Part shown: one piece after another, positions 58,494 through 64,000 of the stretch
Layout: each line of letters opens with the position of its first letter
Numbering within the stretch: position 1 is the first letter of the stretch
Origin: Clostridia bacterium
Lineage (GTDB): Bacteria > Bacillota > Clostridia > Christensenellales > Aristaeellaceae
Assembly: GCA_017433405.1 (NCBI GenBank)
Contig: JAFRHH010000010.1
Span: 464-64,463 of the forward strand
Length of the DNA stretch: 64,000 bases
Direction: 5' to 3'
Program-made: the position numbers and the translations under genes
Notes under the pieces: generated by a model
Seen by the model: only the letters and a program-made list of their open reading frames with translations
Databases searched by the model: none
Told to the model about the DNA's origin: nothing

Positions 58494-60383
58494 TCATGTC
58501 TTCCCCGTCCCTTCCCGTCTGCATTGTCTCCTGCTCCGAAAAACCGTCTCCCATGCCAGCGAATAATCGCCTCTGTCCAGGGACAGATTCGGATTGTAAT
58601 ACGGATCCCCCGCCAGGATTTGCTTTTCCCAACGCTTCCGGAAAAAAGCGGCATCCGGGCCGTTGAAGTCTCGCAGTCCGGATGGGGTTCCGCGCCGGCC
58701 GGGCGCATCGCCGCAGTACAGCTCCGCCCAGGGCGTCCAGAGCACCAGCATGCCATCCTTGCGCATACGCAGGCAAAGATCCATGTCCCCCAGCGATGCG
58801 GTGTACGCCGGGTCAAAGCCTGCGAAACGTTCCCAGGTTTCCCGCCGGATCATCATGCAGGCGTCGGAAACGGCGGATAGATCCTGCGCGTATCTCAGAC
58901 GGCTGAAATAACCGATCTCACCCCTGCTGTGCCGGTAACAATGAGGTGTTACGCAATGATCCCCTCCAAGAATGTACCCGGCGTAACGGATCGTATCATC
59001 AAGATAGTACAGCATCGCCCCGACAGCGCCAACATCCTCTCGCTGCGCGTACATCAACATTTCCTCGATCCACCCCGGCGAGATAATCTTTGCTTCGGCA
59101 TCCAGAAAAAGGAGATAATCTCCTGCCGCCTTCTCTTTGACTGCGTGGTTATACATCATATACCTGCTCTTCCCTGGCTGCTGATCAAAGAACCTGATGA
59201 ATGACCATCTTTGGCGGATTCGTCTGCGCTCTTCGTCACGGTTTTGCTTCTCATCCGCGCCTTTCTCCTCGTCTGGAATCATAGCGTCAATAATCACAAT
59301 TTCATATCTGCTGTAGGTTGTTTTTTCAACAATCGAAAGAATATGCTGTTCAAGCTCCTGATATGATCCTTTCCGAATCATCAGGATGCTGACCAGCGGC
59401 TTTCCTTTGATCTCATAAACAATCCGGGAAATCCCCGGCTGATCCGGGAAGGCAGATCCAGGAATCCCCGACACGCGCAGATGCTCCGTAACCGCCTTTG
59501 CGCCGGCGGTATAGGCATAGGCTTTCGCCTGATTGTCGTTGGCGCTGGAGGTTTCAGAGGCCCGCCAGAAATAGAGCACCTTCGGAATATGCTCCACCCG
59601 ATCCGTCACGGCGATGATGCGCAGCATCAGGTCATGATCCTGGCTGCCGTCGTATTCGCTCCGGAAGCCACCGATTTTTCCCAGCAGGCAGCGGCGGAAC
59701 ACTGTCAGATGGCAGAAGTAATTATTGCTCCGCAGATGATCGATTCCAAAGTCCTGCTTGTGGAAGAAATGATGAATCCGGTGGATGCCCGCGCTCTCGA
59801 CCACAGCCTCATCCGTGTAGATCACGTCCGGATTCCGATCCCGGATCACCCGGGTCACCTCATACAGCGCCGCCTCATGAAGTATATCATCATGATCCAT
59901 CAGAGCGATAAACTGACCGCTCGCCATTTCCAGGCAGGCATTGCTGTTGCCCGAGATGCCGAGATTCTTCTCCAGCTTCCTGTATCTGATTCTCTCATCC
60001 CGTCTTGTGTAATCTTCGCAGATCTCTGTGACAAAACCGTGCTGCTCATCGCTTCCGTCCCCCAGACACAGCTCCCATCCGGGATACGTCTGCCCGAGAA
60101 CCGATTCGATCATTTCCTTCAGAAAACGTTCCGGAGTGTTGTACAGAGGCACAATGACGCTGAAGGTGATCCCCGGGATGCTGCCTTCCTGCCTCTGAGC
60201 CCTCAGCTCGCCCGGGGTATAGGCATGTTTCCGCATCCAGAGTTCGTTCTTCCGGTAATCCGATCCGATGGTTCGGATTCTCCACCAGGCATAAGCCGGC
60301 CCGTACTGTCTGAGTCGCCTTATCTCTCTCAGGATTTTCCGCGCCGTCCGGTTGATCCGGCTTTTCTGCTGCGTTATCTTCAT
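58494..60383 (-). CDS. GT2 glycosyltransferase with two GT-A domains
   Basis: FSVIVPLYNTP, MDHDD, YDGSQDHD, VGAVGAML, DPYYNPNL. Confidence 0.92.
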   Translation of the reverse strand: MKITQQKSRINRTARKILREIRRLRQYGPAYAWWRIRTIGSDYRKNELWMRKHAYTPGELRAQRQEGSIPGITFSVIVPLYNTPERFLKEMIESVLGQTYPGWELCLGDGSDEQHGFVTEICEDYTRRDERIRYRKLEKNLGISGNSNACLEMASGQFIALMDHDDILHEAALYEVTRVIRDRNPDVIYTDEAVVESAGIHRIHHFFHKQDFGIDHLRSNNYFCHLTVFRRCLLGKIGGFRSEYDGSQDHDLMLRIIAVTDRVEHIPKVLYFWRASETSSANDNQAKAYAYTAGAKAVTEHLRVSGIPGSAFPDQPGISRIVYEIKGKPLVSILMIRKGSYQELEQHILSIVEKTTYSRYEIVIIDAMIPDEEKGADEKQNRDEERRRIRQRWSFIRFFDQQPGKSRYMMYNHAVKEKAAGDYLLFLDAEAKIISPGWIEEMLMYAQREDVGAVGAMLYYLDDTIRYAGYILGGDHCVTPHCYRHSRGEIGYFSRLRYAQDLSAVSDACMMIRRETWERFAGFDPAYTASLGDMDLCLRMRKDGMLVLWTPWAELYCGDAPGRRGTPSGLRDFNGPDAAFFRKRWEKQILAGDPYYNPNLSLDRGDYSLAWETVFRSRRQCRREGTGKT

Positions 60384-61693
60384 CCTCGTTTCCCCTGCTC
60401 CCTGAGGATATCCTCATAGACCTGACATAGCGCCTTCGCGATCCCGTCCGGATCATGTCTCCTGCTGGCTGCCCGCATCGCGTTTTCGGATACTTTTTTC
60501 AGTCTCTCTTCCTCCCCCGCCACGTTCCCGATCAGGAAGGCCAGCGCATGCGGTTCATGGTAAGGGTAGAGGAAGCCTGTCTCCTCGCCCTCCACCAGGT
60601 CGGCGACCCCGCCCACATGGGAAGCGATCACCGGGCAGCCGATCATCTGCGCCTCGCAGACCGCGTGGGGCGAATTGTCAATAATCGACGGGTGAATGAA
60701 CAGATCCGCCCTTTTCAGCTCTTCAACCACCTGAGCGCTGTCAATGTAACCGATCAGCTTCACATTCACGTCCTCATGTCGAATTCCGGTGATCTTTTCG
60801 TATCGCTCAAAGAATTCCGGGTGACCCGCGACGCGCCATTCAACATTCAGCTTCAGCAGATCCCGGAGCAAAAGTGCCGTCCGCAGGATGATCTCATTCC
60901 CCTTCCGGTCATCCCCGGAGGAAATAGTCAGCAGACGCAAAGGCCTCCCGGCCCGGCGCCCATCAGCTGTCCCGTTTTTTTGCCTGTGAACCAGCCATTG
61001 ACCTGCGGCTTCGTACATTCGCGGCTTCAGCAGCTCTTCAACATGGTAGTACTTTGAGCCGGGGGAATAATACTTTGCCAGATTGCGGTCCCATTCAGTT
61101 CGTCCCATGAAGTAATGGACAGCCGCCATCACCCTGCGCTCCCGTCGGGCGTTAGCATCCGTTATCCGCTCCACCGTTTTCTCAGGCTCCGGTTCAGGCT
61201 GTTTGCCGCCCACCCAGGCCCTGCACCGCTTCAAAAACCGGATCATCTTCCGCTCCGGCTGTGGTTTCCCCTGTGGCGTCACGAAATAGCCGTTCACCAT
61301 GTCCAGCTCCGTATAATAGGCATTCAAAAAGCCCATCATATGAATGACTACCGGAATGGACACAGATTCCGCAATCAGCCCGTAGGGCCACTCCGCCCCC
61401 ATGCACTGGATCACATCCGGCGAGAAATCCTTGATCACCCGGAGCAGCTGTCTCCTGGTTTCTTCCCAGTCCGCCTTCGTCAGATCAGGGTCCATCCGGC
61501 AGCTCACAGGATAGTAGGTTAAGCCGTCCCGGCAAAACGCTTCTTTCTTTCCGTCCTGCGCCTGATAGACAACTGCTCCTTCGATCCTTCCCCGCAGCGC
61601 GCCGGTCAGAAGCATCTCATATCTGACTTCCGCGACAGGATCATCGGGTGGACACTGTAATGAACATTTTTCCGCGATGATCATAACCTTCAT
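60380..61693 (-). CDS. GT4-type (group 1) glycosyltransferase
   Basis: ADLFIHPS..DNSPHAVCEAQMIGCPVIASHVGG. Confidence 0.88.
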   Translation of the reverse strand: MKVMIIAEKCSLQCPPDDPVAEVRYEMLLTGALRGRIEGAVVYQAQDGKKEAFCRDGLTYYPVSCRMDPDLTKADWEETRRQLLRVIKDFSPDVIQCMGAEWPYGLIAESVSIPVVIHMMGFLNAYYTELDMVNGYFVTPQGKPQPERKMIRFLKRCRAWVGGKQPEPEPEKTVERITDANARRERRVMAAVHYFMGRTEWDRNLAKYYSPGSKYYHVEELLKPRMYEAAGQWLVHRQKNGTADGRRAGRPLRLLTISSGDDRKGNEIILRTALLLRDLLKLNVEWRVAGHPEFFERYEKITGIRHEDVNVKLIGYIDSAQVVEELKRADLFIHPSIIDNSPHAVCEAQMIGCPVIASHVGGVADLVEGEETGFLYPYHEPHALAFLIGNVAGEEERLKKVSENAMRAASRRHDPDGIAKALCQVYEDILREQGKRG

Positions 61694-61703
61694 GCCGTCT
61701 GTA

Positions 61704-61825
61704 CTCCTCTATGAACGACAGTTCGCGACTGCTATTCTGTCCTGATGACGATTTTGTGACCGCTTCGCTGACGCGTTCTCGGACAAAATCTGTCTCCTTT
61801 GAAACGGTGATCGACATTTTCCATT
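61704..61825 (-). repeat. Dispersed repeat copy R13 (full unit plus degenerate start of a second unit)
   Basis: ctcctctatgaacgacagttcgc...gatgacgattttg...cgcttcgctgacgcgttctcggacaaaatctgtctcc; period 90. Confidence 0.88.
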
Positions 61826-61918
61826 TTTGCTGGCCAAGCGCCTAAACCCATCCAGTGAATGGCTTACCATCTGACAGAGCATTCAATAGTACGCTGCCTG
61901 AAACGGTTTGTTGTTTTC

Positions 61919-63940
61919 TCAGTTTTTTTGCAGAAAGCGCTTCAACCGTGGCGAAACGCGCTCCTTCAGAATCCGCAGGAGAGAGGAAGGATGTGAGAAG
62001 CCCAGCACGGCGAAGAACACAGCATGCTTTCCCCATTTCCCAATATGCCTTCTGGCGCACCAGTAATGAAGCCGCATTCTCCGCCAGTCCTCGTAGCCGT
62101 CCTCCGGTTTCGCGCCCCAGGTAAAGGAATCGCCATAGTCCATATCTCTGATCCATCGGCCTGCCGCCATTCCGGGTCTGTGTAAAAAGGTTTCAAAGGG
62201 AAGGCAGGCCAGCATCGCATCCATGGGAAGCTGGAAAGTCTCCTCCTGAAAAAGCTCCGTAAACATCTCCATATAATGGATGGCGCAGCGGTGAATCCGA
62301 TCCAGCAGCTCATTCTTCACATAGTCCTTCTGCAGCACCGGCTGCCCGTCGGAGGAATATCCTTCGCAGGCCGGTCCATTTTCCGACTGGAACAGTTCCC
62401 GCGGGAAGCCGGTCACATAAGGGGAACATGGGTACAGGCTGTGGATTCTGATCCCGGCTTTCCGGCCTCTGCTCTCCGCCAGGTTGCCGCTGATGCAGGT
62501 ACCGCAGGCCGTTATTTTCATTTTCGGGAAAATGCTCCCGAGCAGGATCTCCTGGCGCATATTGTATCCGACGTCGTAGGTCAGCATGGCGCTTTGGGAG
62601 AATGGCTCGAAATACTTCCGGAAGCCATCCTCTGCCGCCCGGCATAGCTCCTGATCCAAATCCTGATCCATAAGCTCCCGCAGGAACGCCAGCATGTCCG
62701 TTTCCGAATCAAAGGTTCTGCTCCATCCTTCCCTGGTTCTTTCCCTGATCTTTTCCGGATCGCTTTTCAGTACAGGCGCGAGCACCTCCACGAGCGTTTT
62801 CGGGGAATGGTGCTTGAAAAGAATGTTGAAGCCGGCTGAAAGCAATGCCTTCCTGTCCGTCATCTGGACGGTAAACATCGCTCGCCGGGATGTGTATACA
62901 TAGGCGGATTCGGGAAGATCACGGTGATATTTCCGCAGATGATCGTATCCCTTTTGAATCAGAAATCCGTCGCGGGCAAAGAAGAGCACGTGATCATAGG
63001 TTCCTTCTTTGGCGAGCCGGCCGATCCACAGCGCATGCGCCATGCAGTACATCCCCAGCGCCAGGGTGCCAAGCAGCTCCGGATCCCTGGCGTATCCTCC
63101 GCCCCGGCTTCCCTTCCGGAACGGATCGTCATATACCAGATTTGCGGCCACCGCCAGCATGCAGCGGATTCCCAGCTGTGACATGGCCAGGTTTCCGGTA
63201 ATGGAGGAATTGATCTGCCGGTAAGCCTGCTGAAACGCGCGTCCATGCGAAAATCCCCTGTTTCCCTCCAGCAGGTCAATGGTTCTGGGAAAATGAAAGG
63301 CGCTGATCCCCATCCTCCTGGGTACTGAAACATCCGAAAACGCCTGATCGCCTATATGAATCATTTCATTCCGGCTCACGCCCAGTCTTTCCGCAGCATG
63401 CTGAAACAGCTTCCCGCTCCGTTTCGTGATGCCTTCCTCCCCGGAGACAAAGATCCGGTGGAAGTAAGGATAGCCGCATTTTTTCAGAATCTCCGCAATC
63501 ACGGAAGAAGGCAGATACATGTCAGAAACAGCAATCACCGTTTTCCCCAGGGAAAGCGCATATTCCACAAGCTCTTTTGCGCTTTCCCGGGCGGTACAGT
63601 AGCGCTTTTCCAGGGTGATTTCCAGATTCATCAGCTCCCGGAGCACCTCCGGCGGAAACAGCCCCGTCCCTTCCAGGCAGCCGTAAATCTCCTGAAGGGT
63701 AGTATCCTCCCGTCGATCCGCCCACGCAGCCCTACGGGCCTCCTCCTCCGCCTCCGCCCTGAGGGTTGAAAAATCACAGGCGTCCGGCATTTCAAGCTGG
63801 CTCTCCGCTTCCCGGTTCATAAGCAGGAACAGATCTGACGGTTTCCAGAACGGTCTCACGATCAACGTATCAAACACGTCAAAGCTGATAATCTTCTTTG
63901 CGGGGTTGCTGATTGCCTTTCTGATCTTTTCCAGATTCAT
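61919..63940 (-). CDS. HAD-superfamily hydrolase of a surface-polysaccharide cluster
   Basis: SFDVFDTL, VSDMY, HIGD, FFARDG. Confidence 0.88.
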   Translation of the reverse strand: MNLEKIRKAISNPAKKIISFDVFDTLIVRPFWKPSDLFLLMNREAESQLEMPDACDFSTLRAEAEEEARRAAWADRREDTTLQEIYGCLEGTGLFPPEVLRELMNLEITLEKRYCTARESAKELVEYALSLGKTVIAVSDMYLPSSVIAEILKKCGYPYFHRIFVSGEEGITKRSGKLFQHAAERLGVSRNEMIHIGDQAFSDVSVPRRMGISAFHFPRTIDLLEGNRGFSHGRAFQQAYRQINSSITGNLAMSQLGIRCMLAVAANLVYDDPFRKGSRGGGYARDPELLGTLALGMYCMAHALWIGRLAKEGTYDHVLFFARDGFLIQKGYDHLRKYHRDLPESAYVYTSRRAMFTVQMTDRKALLSAGFNILFKHHSPKTLVEVLAPVLKSDPEKIRERTREGWSRTFDSETDMLAFLRELMDQDLDQELCRAAEDGFRKYFEPFSQSAMLTYDVGYNMRQEILLGSIFPKMKITACGTCISGNLAESRGRKAGIRIHSLYPCSPYVTGFPRELFQSENGPACEGYSSDGQPVLQKDYVKNELLDRIHRCAIHYMEMFTELFQEETFQLPMDAMLACLPFETFLHRPGMAAGRWIRDMDYGDSFTWGAKPEDGYEDWRRMRLHYWCARRHIGKWGKHAVFFAVLGFSHPSSLLRILKERVSPRLKRFLQKN

Positions 63941-64000
63941 TACTGTGCTACCTTTCTTCGGGAATTAGGACTGATGCAAAGCTATAACCAAACAGAATGT

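Noticed and set aside
61738-61810. CTGATGA followed by a stem and a later GAAAC in repeat R13, resembling a hammerhead ribozyme core
   Set aside because: GAAA does not directly follow the stem, and the other copies have CGGATGA, so the catalytic core is not conserved.

Overview
GC-rich chromosomal window from an anaerobic Firmicute. Gene content and signal-peptide style suggest a gut or rumen Clostridia lineage (inference). Most genes lie on the minus strand. Positions 4.2-24.9 kb form a pectin/galacturonate utilisation locus: uxaB-uxaA-eda-kdgK-uxaC-GH28-kduI-kduD, then a CUT1 ABC importer with two ATPases, five uncharacterised membrane proteins and a GH105. The rest is mostly housekeeping (EF-G paralogue, malic enzyme, murI, nth, folT with a THF riboswitch, asd with a 1-nt frameshift, cobB, 6S RNA, icd, guaB, ABC exporter pair, aquaporin, xylA), two c-di-GMP phosphodiesterase-type genes and the distal end of a surface-glycan cluster. 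The main unexplained signals are: (i) a ~90-bp three-hairpin intergenic repeat at 13 sites, always pointing into the next gene start and often supplying its Shine-Dalgarno; (ii) a ZorA/ZorB-like motor pair with an unknown third gene and no known Zorya effector; (iii) a stand-alone CARF-HEPN (Csx1/TM1812-like) gene with no CRISPR-Cas nearby; (iv) the accessory membrane proteins of the pectin ABC importer; and (v) a group IIC intron 3'-end remnant bordering a lower-GC gene. All calls are from reading the sequence; no database search was run.
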